38,756 bases of DNA. Source: a virus (Duplodnaviria; Caudoviricetes). How positions within the stretch are numbered: position 1 is the first letter of the stretch; every line of letters starts with the position of its first letter. Below are positions 7,519-17,370 of this stretch, piece by piece. The stretch is from the IMG/VR virus record IMGVR_UViG_3300046779_001253, positions 1 to 38,756 of that record; one strand, given 5' to 3'. The notes under the pieces are model-generated. The model had not been told where the DNA came from and did no database searches. It saw only the letters and a program-made list of their open reading frames with translations. Position numbers and translations under genes: made by a program.

Positions 7519-7727
7519 CCAACGCATTCGACACCAAAAACCCCATGTTCAAGATCGACACCAAGTCGATGGAACATTCAGCCAAAAACAGCCGCGTGCA
7601 GTCCGGTGTGGTCAACAGCAAGCGCAAACAAGGCGTTGAACTGTCGCTGATGGGCGGCACCAAGCTGAACGCCAATGCCTTAGACCCGAAGCTGTTTCAC
7701 GTTTACGCCAAGGCGGGCAAGAAATGA
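7515..7727 (+). CDS. Hypothetical basic protein
   Basis: ATGA-coupled on both sides. Confidence 0.65.
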   Translation: MTNAFDTKNPMFKIDTKSMEHSAKNSRVQSGVVNSKRKQGVELSLMGGTKLNANALDPKLFHVYAKAGKK

Positions 7728-7846
7728 ACAAGCCCGACGACCTGATGGAGTGGGAACGCCAAGACGCAGCGATGTGGCTTGTTACCGCGTTTCTGCTGGG
7801 CATGCTGGCCGGCGTGCTGATGGCCTGCGTGGTGGTGATGATATGA
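7724..7846 (+). CDS. 40-aa single-TM peptide (not in ORF track)
   Basis: MNKPDDLMEWERQDAAMWLVTAFLLGMLAGVLMACVVVMI; ATGA overlaps at both ends. Confidence 0.6.
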   Translation: MNKPDDLMEWERQDAAMWLVTAFLLGMLAGVLMACVVVMI

Positions 7847-8307
7847 GCCGAAAGCGCAGCAAATACCGCCCACGCGGTGTCATCATGGACACCATGGCGC
7901 ACGTGTCAGTCGGCCTGAAGCCGCTGTCCGAAATCGACGACGCGCTGGTGATCTTGCGCATTAAAAACCACGACGCGCTGACCAACATTGCACATGGCAA
8001 AGGCACACGTTCAGACATGGACGTGGTCATCGCCGCATTGAACATCGCTGAAGCCCTGATCATGCAAAACGTGGCCAGTGCCTACAAAGAGCAACTGCGC
8101 CAAGGCCAAGACGCACTGAAGTCCATGGGCAGCCGTGGCCGCAGCATGGGCGACCGGTTCGTGTGCACCGGCCAGGAATTGACCGCCATCAATTGGGCCA
8201 TGGAGATCCACGACGCCCAGCTGGAAGTGATCAACGTTGCACAACTAGAAACCGCCATCAAAAAGGTGGCAGCCATCGTGCGAAGCGGTGGGGCAAGGAA
8301 AATATGA
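7843..8307 (+). CDS. Phage hypothetical protein
   Basis: Starts MSRKRSKYRPRGV at an ATGA overlap; codon usage like neighbours. Confidence 0.75.
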   Translation: MSRKRSKYRPRGVIMDTMAHVSVGLKPLSEIDDALVILRIKNHDALTNIAHGKGTRSDMDVVIAALNIAEALIMQNVASAYKEQLRQGQDALKSMGSRGRSMGDRFVCTGQELTAINWAMEIHDAQLEVINVAQLETAIKKVAAIVRSGGARKI

Positions 8308-8507
8308 CGACAACAGACTACGTGCGCCTGGTGCGCGATGCCGAAGGCACGGTGATCGACAGCTTCGACGCTAACCCAGAATTCGAAGCCATGCGCATCG
8401 AAAACAAACTGCTGGTGCAGCACATCGCTGACCTGCGCGAACTGATCGACAACCTGCGACGCATTGCGCTGGAAGCTGATGTGGCGCGATTGAAGGTGGC
8501 ATCATGA
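8304..8507 (+). CDS. Hypothetical coiled-coil protein
   Basis: MTTTDYVRLVRD...; AAGGA RBS and ATGA coupling. Confidence 0.65.
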   Translation: MTTTDYVRLVRDAEGTVIDSFDANPEFEAMRIENKLLVQHIADLRELIDNLRRIALEADVARLKVAS

Positions 8508-8740
8508 GCGACGGCGGCAAGGGCAGTGCCCGCAGACCAGGCGCCGGCTACGGCGAAGGCTACGACCGCATTTTCGGCGGCCGCAAACGCCAGATCGCAG
8601 AGCATGTCGAAGCTGACATCAACGAGGACACCAAAGACTGCCCACGCTGCAGGACCGAACTGTGCCTGACAGGCACCGGCCTGCACTGGCATTGCGACGT
8701 GTGCGGCTACAGCCGACGCGTCGAAGGGGAAGAACCATGA
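8504..8740 (+). CDS. Small zinc-ribbon protein
   Basis: GGKGSARRP...YDRIFG N-terminus; CPRC...CDVCG. Confidence 0.7.
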   Translation: MSDGGKGSARRPGAGYGEGYDRIFGGRKRQIAEHVEADINEDTKDCPRCRTELCLTGTGLHWHCDVCGYSRRVEGEEP

Positions 8741-8835
8741 CCAACATTTTCATCTTGGTGACCATCATGGTGCTGGGCATCGTGCTGTTCGGTGTCGTTT
8801 GTTTTGCGCTGCTGGCGCTGTGGGTGGGGCCATGA
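8737..8835 (+). CDS. 32-aa TM peptide (not in ORF track)
   Basis: MTNIFILVTIMVLGIVLFGVVCFALLALWVGP; ATGA overlaps at both ends. Confidence 0.55.
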   Translation: MTNIFILVTIMVLGIVLFGVVCFALLALWVGP

Positions 8836-9014
8836 CTTCGCATGAATTCGTGCGCGCCCAAGCGGTGTTGAAACTGAAAAACCGTGACCTAGAGGGAATG
8901 TTCGGCGTCAGCGACCAGACCATCGTTAACTGGCGCAAGGGTTACAGTCGCGTGCCAGGTGCCGTGGCGTGGGCGATTCGCACAATGCTGGAACAGGCAA
9001 AAACGGAGTTATGA
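8832..9014 (+). CDS. Small HTH DNA-binding protein
   Basis: NRDLEGMFGVSDQTIVNWRKGYSRVP HTH pattern. Confidence 0.75.
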   Translation: MTSHEFVRAQAVLKLKNRDLEGMFGVSDQTIVNWRKGYSRVPGAVAWAIRTMLEQAKTEL

Positions 9015-9074
9015 TTCAGACGTGGACTGTGACGCGCGGTCCACGCCTTCACAGTACGCGTTTGGAAAATTTGT

Positions 9075-9335
9075 ATGTCATACGAAGATCATTCACACCC
9101 ACCGACAAAACCGTTTGAAGCCCGCATGCGGGAATCATTCAAAACTGGATCTGACGCGGCACATGCCGAAGTCGCCTACACGGTCCACGAATACGTCGTC
9201 CTTGCAAAACTGATGCTGATCGAACACCGAGTTCGCGATTTCACGGCAGCCGACGTAGTTGCGCTTGCTGGCATTATGGAGAGCCGAGACAGGGTGCTTC
9301 GGTTCAAGATGGCCACAGCTGATGGGGGCGAATAA
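9075..9335 (+). CDS. Hypothetical protein
   Basis: Stop overlaps the primase start (TAATG). Confidence 0.65.
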   Translation: MSYEDHSHPPTKPFEARMRESFKTGSDAAHAEVAYTVHEYVVLAKLMLIEHRVRDFTAADVVALAGIMESRDRVLRFKMATADGGE

Positions 9336-11590
9336 TGCTTTACCCCATCGACCAGTTCCGCGACGCAATGCGGGCTGCTGGATATGAGCCACCAGCAGAG
9401 ATTAGGCCAGGCAAGATTGAGCGTTTCAGCGTTAACGGCAAGCGCAGCGACACGGCTGGGTTCTGCAAAATGTTTGAAGACATGCGTGGTGGAATTTTCG
9501 GAGATTTCCGCGAAGGCGTGACCCACACCTGGCAGGCCGAAAACCCGTCCAACATGACGGCAACACAGCGCAAGGAATTTAGCGAACAGATCGAGCAAGC
9601 CAAACGCGAACGCGCAGCTGAAGAACAGCGCCTACAGGCCGAGGCGAGACAACGAGCCGCCGAGATTTGGAAAAAAATTGAGAACCAAACTCCAGCCAAC
9701 GACAACCCATACCTAGTTCGCAAGGGCGTCAAAGCGTATGGCGTGCGAGAATCAAAAGGGGCGCTGGTGGTTCCGGTCAAGGACAACGAAGGCACGCTGC
9801 ACGGCCTGCAATTCATCGACGGCGAAGGCAACAAGAAATTCCTGCGCCACACTAGCAAGCAAGGCCACTACAGCGGCATCGGCAAGCCTGATGGCTGCAT
9901 ATACATTGCCGAGGGCTACGCTACCGCAGCCACGATCTATGAAGCCACAAACCAAGCCGTGGCCATTGCTTTTGACGCAGGCAATTTGATGCCGGTCGCG
10001 CAGGCATTGCGGCAGAGGTTCCCAGACCTGCCGATCATCATCGCAGCTGACAACGACACCAAGACACCAGGCAACCCAGGTATGACCAAGGCCGCAGCCG
10101 CAGCAAAAGCCGTTGGCGGCCGTGTTGTGGCGCCAGACGAAGGCGATTTCAACGACATGGCGCTGGCATTAGGTTTCGATGCCGTGGCCGAACGCCTGAT
10201 GCAGCTGCCGGCCGTTATTGCCAACGACAACGACCACCAGCTGACCGTGCTGGATCCAGCGCAGGCCATGATCGAAGAATGGGTGTTCGTGGCCGCCCAG
10301 CGCAAGTTTGTGCACAAACCCACCATGCGCATGGTCGACGTCGACGCGTTCAACATGGAACACCTGCACCTGATGGAACATTTCCCGCAGTACCGCAAAA
10401 TGAAGCCTGCCGAGTACATGCGACGCATCGAGAATTCAGAGGTCGTTCACGACCTGATGTATTTGCCGACGATGTGGAACGGCGACCCGATTTTTTATTT
10501 GGACAACATCAAATATCTGAACACCTACAACGACAGCAGCGTGCCAACGCCAGACCCCAACTGGCAGCAGCACGACGCGTGGCAGATATGTATGGCGCAT
10601 ATTCAAAACATCCTGCCCCATGACTGGGAACAGCTGCTGCACTGGATGGCGCACAACGTCCAACACCCTGGCAAGAAAATCCTGTGGGCGCCGGTGATCG
10701 TCGGCATGCCTGGCGATGGCAAAACAGCCACGGCCAAGATGCTGGCGTCCGCCATGGGTCGCAAGCACAGCCAAGTGGTGGGAACGCAGGCGCTTCATTC
10801 AGAGTTCAACGGCTGGGCCGAAGGCAAATGCCTGTCGATTTTTGAGGAAATCCGCGTTCCTGGCCACAGCCGGCACGACTTCATGAACAAGCTGAAAACC
10901 CTGATCACCAACGACGTCGTCGACGTGGTGGCCAAAGGTAAGAACAGCAAAAACGTGATGAATACGCAGAACTACATTGCGCTGTCCAATTTCCGCGATG
11001 CGCTGGCCTTGGACCCTGACGACCGGCGCTGGGGCGTGTTCTTTACCCGTTTCAAGTCACGCGACGAGGTCACCAGCCAAATGGATGAGGAATACTGGGC
11101 GCGATTGAACGACTATGCCGTGCGCGATCATCCTGAAGTGATCCGCGGCTGGCTGTTGAGCATCGACGTGTCCAACTTCGACCGCAACGCAGGCCCGAAA
11201 ATGACACAGGCCAAGCAGTACATGATCGGCCGCAGCATGTCGGCAGACGCCCAGTCAATCCAGGCAATATTGGAAACCGGTGCGCGTGGCGTCAGCATGA
11301 ACGTGGTCGAAACCAAGTCACTGAACGTGGCCCTGCGCGACATGGAAAACCGCACCATTCAGACCAGCCGCATGTCGGCAGCCTTGGCCGAATTGAAGTT
11401 CGAAAAGGTGAATGACGTCATCAAGTGGGATGGCCGCAAGTGCCACGTGTGGGTTCGAAAGCCGTTCGAATACGATGGTTCATCGACATCGAAGGCCGCC
11501 ATTCGTGAAGAATTGGATGCAAACGAGCCATTGCCGCCGTTCATGCCGTTCAAGCGTTCGCCGGTTTCTTACGATGATCAGCCGTTTTAG
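9335..11590 (+). CDS. Primase-helicase (Toprim domain plus C-terminal P-loop NTPase)
   Basis: YLVRKG, LQFID, IAEGYATA, AFDAGNL, IAADND; Walker A GMPGDGKT; acidic DDQPF tail. Confidence 0.9.
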   Translation: MLYPIDQFRDAMRAAGYEPPAEIRPGKIERFSVNGKRSDTAGFCKMFEDMRGGIFGDFREGVTHTWQAENPSNMTATQRKEFSEQIEQAKRERAAEEQRLQAEARQRAAEIWKKIENQTPANDNPYLVRKGVKAYGVRESKGALVVPVKDNEGTLHGLQFIDGEGNKKFLRHTSKQGHYSGIGKPDGCIYIAEGYATAATIYEATNQAVAIAFDAGNLMPVAQALRQRFPDLPIIIAADNDTKTPGNPGMTKAAAAAKAVGGRVVAPDEGDFNDMALALGFDAVAERLMQLPAVIANDNDHQLTVLDPAQAMIEEWVFVAAQRKFVHKPTMRMVDVDAFNMEHLHLMEHFPQYRKMKPAEYMRRIENSEVVHDLMYLPTMWNGDPIFYLDNIKYLNTYNDSSVPTPDPNWQQHDAWQICMAHIQNILPHDWEQLLHWMAHNVQHPGKKILWAPVIVGMPGDGKTATAKMLASAMGRKHSQVVGTQALHSEFNGWAEGKCLSIFEEIRVPGHSRHDFMNKLKTLITNDVVDVVAKGKNSKNVMNTQNYIALSNFRDALALDPDDRRWGVFFTRFKSRDEVTSQMDEEYWARLNDYAVRDHPEVIRGWLLSIDVSNFDRNAGPKMTQAKQYMIGRSMSADAQSIQAILETGARGVSMNVVETKSLNVALRDMENRTIQTSRMSAALAELKFEKVNDVIKWDGRKCHVWVRKPFEYDGSSTSKAAIREELDANEPLPPFMPFKRSPVSYDDQPF

Positions 11591-11606
11591 GTGGCCAGTC
11601 GACCTG

Positions 11607-11849
11607 CTTGCCACCGTCTTGCCACCTAGCTTGCCACCTTAAAAAATTCAATTAAATCAATGACTTATCTTTAAAAGGTGGCAAGTTCCTAGTTAAACAT
11701 ACACACACACATGAGAGAACAGAATGCACGCATACACATACGCATATATGGCGGGGAACCGAAAAAACTTGCCACTTGCCACCTTTTGGTGTTTTTCCCT
11801 TATGAATCAACAACTTAACAGGTGGCAAGCTGAGGTGGCAACTAGGAAC
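11607..11849. repeat. Iteron-like CTTGCCAC(C) cluster with two IHF consensus sites; putative replication origin
   Basis: Forward copies at 11607, 11618, 11630, 11768, 11775; inverted copies at 11677, 11821, 11834; WATCAANNNNTTR at 11655-11667 and 11805-11817. Confidence 0.7.
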
Positions 11850-11933
11850 CTGCCAAAATAAGTTAGCGTTTACTCACTTAAGTTCACAGAAAACACATCA
11901 GCGCCAATTCCAACCTGGCGCTATCATTCAAAC

Positions 11934-12605
11934 ATGCAGATCACAGTCACATCCAACATTCGCGAGGTCATGCCCAAGCTGGAACAGTTCAGCAGCAGGC
12001 AGGCACCGTTCACCATTGCCAAAGCGCTGACAGCCACCGCCAAGCTGGTGCAGGCTGAGATCACCCAGCAGCTGCCATCGGTGTTCGACCGACCCAACCA
12101 GTTCACCCGTCGAGCGTTCGCCGTGCAAATGGCGCGCAAAGACACGCTGACCGCCATCGTGTTCGCAAAGGACAAGCAGGCCCGATACCTGAAGTTTGGC
12201 GTGCAAGGCGGCGGGCGTCGCATCAAGGCGTTTGAACGCAGGGTCGGTGCAGACACCAACGCAGACGAACAGGCCGGCACACCCAAGCTGGTGCCCACCC
12301 GCAACGTGCGACTGGACACCTACGGCGGCGTCAGCCTGTCGACCATCAAACGCATCACACAGCAAGGCAATGGCCGCTACTTTGTGGGCAAGCCACGTGG
12401 CGGTGGACAGAACGCAGGCCGAAGCGAGGGCATCTACGAACGGACCAACAAAGGCAAAACCATCAGGGCTTTGATGGTGTTCAGCGAACCCAAGGCATAC
12501 AAGCCAAGGCTGGACATGCGCGGCATCGGTGGCCGTGTCGTGCGTGAACGGTTCGCTGCCGAACTGAACAGCGCGTGGGCGTTCGCACTGAGAACAGCCC
12601 GATGA
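11934..12605 (+). CDS. Basic phage morphogenesis-type protein upstream of terminase (possibly gpZ-like)
   Basis: QAPFTIAKALTATA...FDRPNQFT motif; position just before cos and terminase. Confidence 0.6.
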   Translation: MQITVTSNIREVMPKLEQFSSRQAPFTIAKALTATAKLVQAEITQQLPSVFDRPNQFTRRAFAVQMARKDTLTAIVFAKDKQARYLKFGVQGGGRRIKAFERRVGADTNADEQAGTPKLVPTRNVRLDTYGGVSLSTIKRITQQGNGRYFVGKPRGGGQNAGRSEGIYERTNKGKTIRALMVFSEPKAYKPRLDMRGIGGRVVRERFAAELNSAWAFALRTAR

Positions 12606-12636
12606 TGTGTTGTTTTTCCACCACAGAAAAAAACGC

Positions 12637-12685
12637 GGGTCCTACCTGGGCGGGGTCCGTCGAGGGTCATTCCCCCGCGCGATCT
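12637..12685 (+). other. Putative cos packaging site
   Basis: GGGTCCT (the lambda cosQ heptamer) at 12637-12643, followed by a GC-rich segment just upstream of a lambda-type terminase pair. Confidence 0.55.
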
Positions 12686-12719
12686 TTAGCTAGTGGTCAC
12701 TAACTAACCTTTTTCACTT

Positions 12720-13238
12720 ATGGTCACCCCGAATCACTACGCTAAACACCGAAAAGTCACGCTTCAGGCGGTCTTAGCGGCGATTAAATCTGGGCGTTTG
12801 GTCAAGTCCGTGACTAAAAAACCGTCGGGCCGATACCTGGTCGACGTTGAACTGGCCGACAAAGAATGGGCGGCGAACACGGACAACCTGACAGGCGCAG
12901 CTGCGCACGTGTCGAAACGCAAGCCTGAACCTGAAAAACCAGTCGAACTGGTGTCGGTCGAAGCCGGCGAAATGACCTATGCCGAAGCCCGCGCCCAGCA
13001 TGAGCGCTTTAAATCGCGGCTGGCGCAGCTGGAACTGGAACAGCGCGAAGGCAAGCTGGTCGAGGCTGACGCGGTTCAGCGTGAAGCGTTCAAGGCGGCA
13101 AGGCAGGTGCGCGACGCGCTGCTGAACCTGCCCGACCGTGTGGCCGGCGTACTGGCCGCGGAAACAAACCAGTTCAAGGTGCACCAGCTGCTGACCAAAG
13201 AGATCCGGCGCGCGCTTGAAGATTTGAAATTCGACTGA
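12720..13238 (+). CDS. Terminase small subunit (Nu1-like)
   Basis: N-terminal wHTH-like region; LELEQREGKLV and VRDALLNLPDR motifs; stop overlaps the large subunit start. Confidence 0.85.
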   Translation: MVTPNHYAKHRKVTLQAVLAAIKSGRLVKSVTKKPSGRYLVDVELADKEWAANTDNLTGAAAHVSKRKPEPEKPVELVSVEAGEMTYAEARAQHERFKSRLAQLELEQREGKLVEADAVQREAFKAARQVRDALLNLPDRVAGVLAAETNQFKVHQLLTKEIRRALEDLKFD

Positions 13239-15121
13239 TGGACGGCGCCAACGTTTACCGCACGGCGTTTGCCAACGGCCTGCGACCAGATCCCGACTAC
13301 ACGGTCAGCACGTGGGCCGATGCCAACCGCATGCTGTCGCAAAAAGCGTCGGCCGAGCCTGGCCGCTGGCGCACTGAGCGCACGCCGTACCTGCGCGAAA
13401 TCATGGACGAAATGTCGCCAAGCAGCCCAGCGCAGCGCGTGGTGTTCATGGCCGGCGCACAGGTGGGCAAGTCCGAGACTGGCAACAACTGGCTGGGGTA
13501 TGTCATCCACCACGCGCCTGGTCCCATGCTGCTGGTGCAGCCAACGGTCGACACGGCCAAGCGTTTCAGCAAACAGCGACTGGCCCCCATGATCGAGGAA
13601 ACGCCGATCTTGCACGAACGCATTTCGCAGAACACCAGCCGCGATGCGTCCAACAGCATGATGACCAAAGAATTCGACGGCGGTGTGCTGATCATCAGCG
13701 GCGCAAACAGCGCGGCCGGCCTGCGGTCGATGCCGGTGCGGTATTTGTTTTTGGACGAGATCGACGCCTATCCGCTGGACGTCGACGGCGAAGGCGACCC
13801 GATCCAGCTGGCAGAAAAGCGCACGACCACGTTTGCACGGCGTAAGGTCTACATGTGCAGCACGCCGACCGTGAAAGACGTGTCGCGCATTGAACGCGAA
13901 TATGACCGCAGCGACCAGCGCAAGTATTTTGTGGCGTGCCCGCACTGCGATCACCGGCAATGGCTGAAGTGGGCCAACCTGAAATGGGACAACGACGACC
14001 CGCAGACGGCGGCCTATGCCTGCGAGGAATGCGGCACGCTGATCGAGGAAAGGCACAAAGCCGACATGCTGGCCAATGGCGAATGGCGTGCGACAGCGCC
14101 TGGCGACGGCAAGACGGTGGGTTTTCACCTGTCGTCGCTGTATTCGCCGCTGGGCTGGAAGTCGTGGTCAGAGATCGCGGCCGAGTTCATGCAGGCCAAG
14201 GGCGACCCTGCCCTGCTGAAAACCTTTGTGAACACGGTGCTGGGCGAAACGTGGGAAGATGACTACAGCGCCAAGCTGGGTGCCGACGACCTGAAAAGCC
14301 GCGTCGAGTTCTACACGCCTGGCGTGGCACCGGCGCGCACGCTGGTGGTCACCTGCGCGGTCGACGTGCAGGACAACCGGCTGGCGGTCAAGCTGATGGG
14401 CTGGGGCCGCGACGAGGAAGGCTGGGTCATCGACCACATGGAGATCTACGGCGACCCAGCTGGGCCGAAGCTGTGGCAGCAGCTTGACGAGGTGGTGCTA
14501 AAGCCTGTGGCGCATGAACTGGCCAGCCCGATGAAGGTGGCCGTCACCACCATCGACAGCGGTGGCCACTTCACCAGCGAGGTCTACGCCTATTGCCGCG
14601 ACCGCAAGAAACACAACGTCATCGCCATCAAGGGTCAGTCGCAGCGCGGCAAACCGGCCATCGGCAAACCCACAAAGGTGGATCTGAACTGGCGTGGCCA
14701 AAAGATCAAAGGCGGCGCCGAGGTCTACCCAGTGGGCACCGACACCATCAAGTCGACGGTGTTCGCACGGCTGAAGCTGAACGAGGCCGGCGCGGGTTAC
14801 CTGCATTTTCATGCCGAACTGCCGCGTGACTATTTCGACCAGCTGACCGCGGAAAAGCAGATCACGAAATACGTGAAGGGTTTTCCCGTGCGCGAGTGGG
14901 TCAAGAAATCGGGCGCGCGCAACGAAGCGCTGGACGTGATGGTCTACAACTACGCCGGTCTGCAGTGGCTTTACACCCGTTACAACCGCAAAACGATCTG
15001 GGACCAGTTCGAAAAGTCACTGAATATCACGGCAAAAACAGAGCAGGTTAAGCCAGCAGAACCCCAGAATAGGCGCAGACAGGCTAAAATAAGCCGAAAC
15101 AACTTTATGACGAGCTGGTAA
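13238..15121 (+). CDS. Terminase large subunit (lambda GpA family)
   Basis: RTPYLREIMD, AQVGKSE, LFLDEID, STPT, CPHC, VDVQ, IDSGG, RNEALD. Confidence 0.97.
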   Translation: MDGANVYRTAFANGLRPDPDYTVSTWADANRMLSQKASAEPGRWRTERTPYLREIMDEMSPSSPAQRVVFMAGAQVGKSETGNNWLGYVIHHAPGPMLLVQPTVDTAKRFSKQRLAPMIEETPILHERISQNTSRDASNSMMTKEFDGGVLIISGANSAAGLRSMPVRYLFLDEIDAYPLDVDGEGDPIQLAEKRTTTFARRKVYMCSTPTVKDVSRIEREYDRSDQRKYFVACPHCDHRQWLKWANLKWDNDDPQTAAYACEECGTLIEERHKADMLANGEWRATAPGDGKTVGFHLSSLYSPLGWKSWSEIAAEFMQAKGDPALLKTFVNTVLGETWEDDYSAKLGADDLKSRVEFYTPGVAPARTLVVTCAVDVQDNRLAVKLMGWGRDEEGWVIDHMEIYGDPAGPKLWQQLDEVVLKPVAHELASPMKVAVTTIDSGGHFTSEVYAYCRDRKKHNVIAIKGQSQRGKPAIGKPTKVDLNWRGQKIKGGAEVYPVGTDTIKSTVFARLKLNEAGAGYLHFHAELPRDYFDQLTAEKQITKYVKGFPVREWVKKSGARNEALDVMVYNYAGLQWLYTRYNRKTIWDQFEKSLNITAKTEQVKPAEPQNRRRQAKISRNNFMTSW

Positions 15122-15124
15122 ACC

Positions 15125-15685
15125 ATGAACGTCCCTGCCCTGATCTACGCTGGCGACACTGTAAAGTGGAACGAGCCGGCCCTGCCCGAATACACCAGCG
15201 CCGCATGGACGCGCACCATTTCCGTCCGTCACCGCACTGACGCCGATGTGTTGAACATCGTTGGCGCCGCGGCTGCTGGCGGCAGCTGGGACTTCACGAT
15301 CACAGCCACGCAGTCGGCCACGCTGGGAACCGGCACCGTCTGGTATCAGGACTATGTGAGCGCAGGCAGCGAACGGTTCACCGTTGGCAGCGGCAGCATT
15401 GAGGTGCAGGCGAACGTGGCGGTCACCACCGGCGCGTTTGACGGCCGCACCCAGTTCGAAATCGACTTGGACGCTGTCCGCGCCGAAATGCGCGCCCGCG
15501 TCACTGGCGGCGGCGTGCAGGAATACAGCATCGGCAACCGGTCGCTGAAGAAAATGCCCATGGCTGACCTGATCGCGCTTGAAAGCAAGCTGAAGGCTGA
15601 CGTGGCGCGTGAACTGCGTCGCAAGCGCATCGCGCAAGGTTTGGACAGCGGCCGCGCCGTCTACGTTCGATTTGGGGGCAAATAA
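15125..15685 (+). CDS. Head-tail adaptor with gpW-like C-terminus
   Basis: VQEYSIGNRSL motif; lies between terminase and portal. Confidence 0.7.
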   Translation: MNVPALIYAGDTVKWNEPALPEYTSAAWTRTISVRHRTDADVLNIVGAAAAGGSWDFTITATQSATLGTGTVWYQDYVSAGSERFTVGSGSIEVQANVAVTTGAFDGRTQFEIDLDAVRAEMRARVTGGGVQEYSIGNRSLKKMPMADLIALESKLKADVARELRRKRIAQGLDSGRAVYVRFGGK

Positions 15686-17367
15686 TGGGAATTCGTGACT
15701 GGTTCAGACGCAAGCCACAGCCAAAGCCAGCGCGTCGCCGCGGCTTTGAGGGCGCCATGTACAACAGGCTGGTGTCCGACTGGGTGACCAGCAGCACCAG
15801 CATGGATGCGGAGATCCGCAAGGATCTGAAGAAACTGCGCGAACGTGCCCGCGATCTGGCGCGCAACAACGACTACGCCAAAAACGCCCTGCGCGTGATC
15901 ACCAACAACGTGGTGGGCCAAGGCATCACCATGCAGGCAGCGGTCAAGATGCGCCGCGGCAACAAGATGGACGACGTGACCAACACGGCCATCGAGGCTG
16001 CATGGGACAAGTGGAAGCGCAAGAGCAACTGCCACACCGGTGGCACGCTGTCGTTTGCCGACATTGAACGCCAGGTCATGCACGCGGTCGCTGAATCGGG
16101 CGAAGTGTTCGTGCGCAAGGTCAACTACGCATTTGGCAAAAGCAAGGTGCCGCTGGCGCTTGAGATCATCGAGGCCGACCGCCTGGACGAAATGATGAAC
16201 GAAATGGCCCGCAACGGAAACGAAATCCGCATGGGCATCGAGCGCAACACGTGGGGCCGCCCCGTCGCGTACCACTTCAAGCGCGACCATCCTGGCGACT
16301 ATCCGTTCGGCGCCGGCGCCGTGGACAACACGACCAAGCGCATTCCTGCCGACGAGATCATCCACCTGTACAAGCAAGACCGCCCAGGCCAGACCCGCGG
16401 CGTGCCATGGCTGGCCAGCGCGATCATGCGCATGCACCACCTGCACGGCTACACCGAAGCCGAAGTCATTGCGGCCCGCGCTGAAGCCTGCCGCATGGGT
16501 TTCATCCAGTCGCCCGAAGACGACGCCATGCAAGACGGCACCGACGCCGGCCAAGCCGTGACCAACTTCGAGCCTGGCAAGATCGAGCGCCTGCAGCCTG
16601 GCGAGACATACACCGAGAGCAAGCCTAACCGTCCAGGCGGCCAGTTCGAACCGTTCGTGCGCGCCATGCTGCGTTCGATGGCGGCCGGCATTGGTGTCAG
16701 CTACGCGACACTGAGCCGCGACTACAGCGACACGAACTACAGCAGCAGCCGTCTGGCCTTGCTGGACGACCGCGACAACTGGCGCGTTCTGCAGTCCTGG
16801 CTGATTGAGAATTTCCACAAACCGATTTTCGAGCAGTGGCTGGATTACGCCGACCTGTCGGGCGAACTGAACCTGCCCAACTACAACCTGAACCCAGACA
16901 CCTATCGCGCAGTGCGATGGATCCCACGCGGCTGGCAGTGGGTCGATCCCGTCAAAGAGATCGCCGCCTACAAAGAGGCGGTGCGTTGTGGATTTACAAC
17001 ACAGGCCGACGTCATTGCCGCTGGCGGTGGTGACATCGAGGACGTGTTCCAGCAGCGCCAGCGCGAACTGGAACTGGCCAACCAAATGGATCTGGTGTTC
17101 GACACCGACCCGTCGTCGGTGGCCGGCAATGGTTCGGCACAGGCAGATCCGGCACCGGCAGCCGAGCCAGCAGCCACAGACGACACGCCGGCACGCGAAC
17201 TGCAGCCGCAGGTGATCAACCTGAACCCAGCGTTCGAAATGAAAGCCGCGCCGCCCGTCGAACTGAATGTCACGCTTGAGCAAGAGCGCACCCAGGTCAA
17301 ACGCACCGTGCGCCTGATCCGCGACGAAAATGGCGCCGTGACTGGTGCTGAGACTACCGAGGAATAA
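15685..17367 (+). CDS. Portal protein (lambda family) with C-terminal extension
   Basis: LRERARDLARNN, RPGQTRGVP, NYSSSR, WVDPVKE. Confidence 0.95.
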   Translation: MGIRDWFRRKPQPKPARRRGFEGAMYNRLVSDWVTSSTSMDAEIRKDLKKLRERARDLARNNDYAKNALRVITNNVVGQGITMQAAVKMRRGNKMDDVTNTAIEAAWDKWKRKSNCHTGGTLSFADIERQVMHAVAESGEVFVRKVNYAFGKSKVPLALEIIEADRLDEMMNEMARNGNEIRMGIERNTWGRPVAYHFKRDHPGDYPFGAGAVDNTTKRIPADEIIHLYKQDRPGQTRGVPWLASAIMRMHHLHGYTEAEVIAARAEACRMGFIQSPEDDAMQDGTDAGQAVTNFEPGKIERLQPGETYTESKPNRPGGQFEPFVRAMLRSMAAGIGVSYATLSRDYSDTNYSSSRLALLDDRDNWRVLQSWLIENFHKPIFEQWLDYADLSGELNLPNYNLNPDTYRAVRWIPRGWQWVDPVKEIAAYKEAVRCGFTTQADVIAAGGGDIEDVFQQRQRELELANQMDLVFDTDPSSVAGNGSAQADPAPAAEPAATDDTPARELQPQVINLNPAFEMKAAPPVELNVTLEQERTQVKRTVRLIRDENGAVTGAETTEE

Positions 17368-17370
17368 CCC

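Noticed and set aside
11607-11849. CRISPR mini-array
   Set aside because: Repeats are 8-9 bp, irregularly spaced and in both orientations
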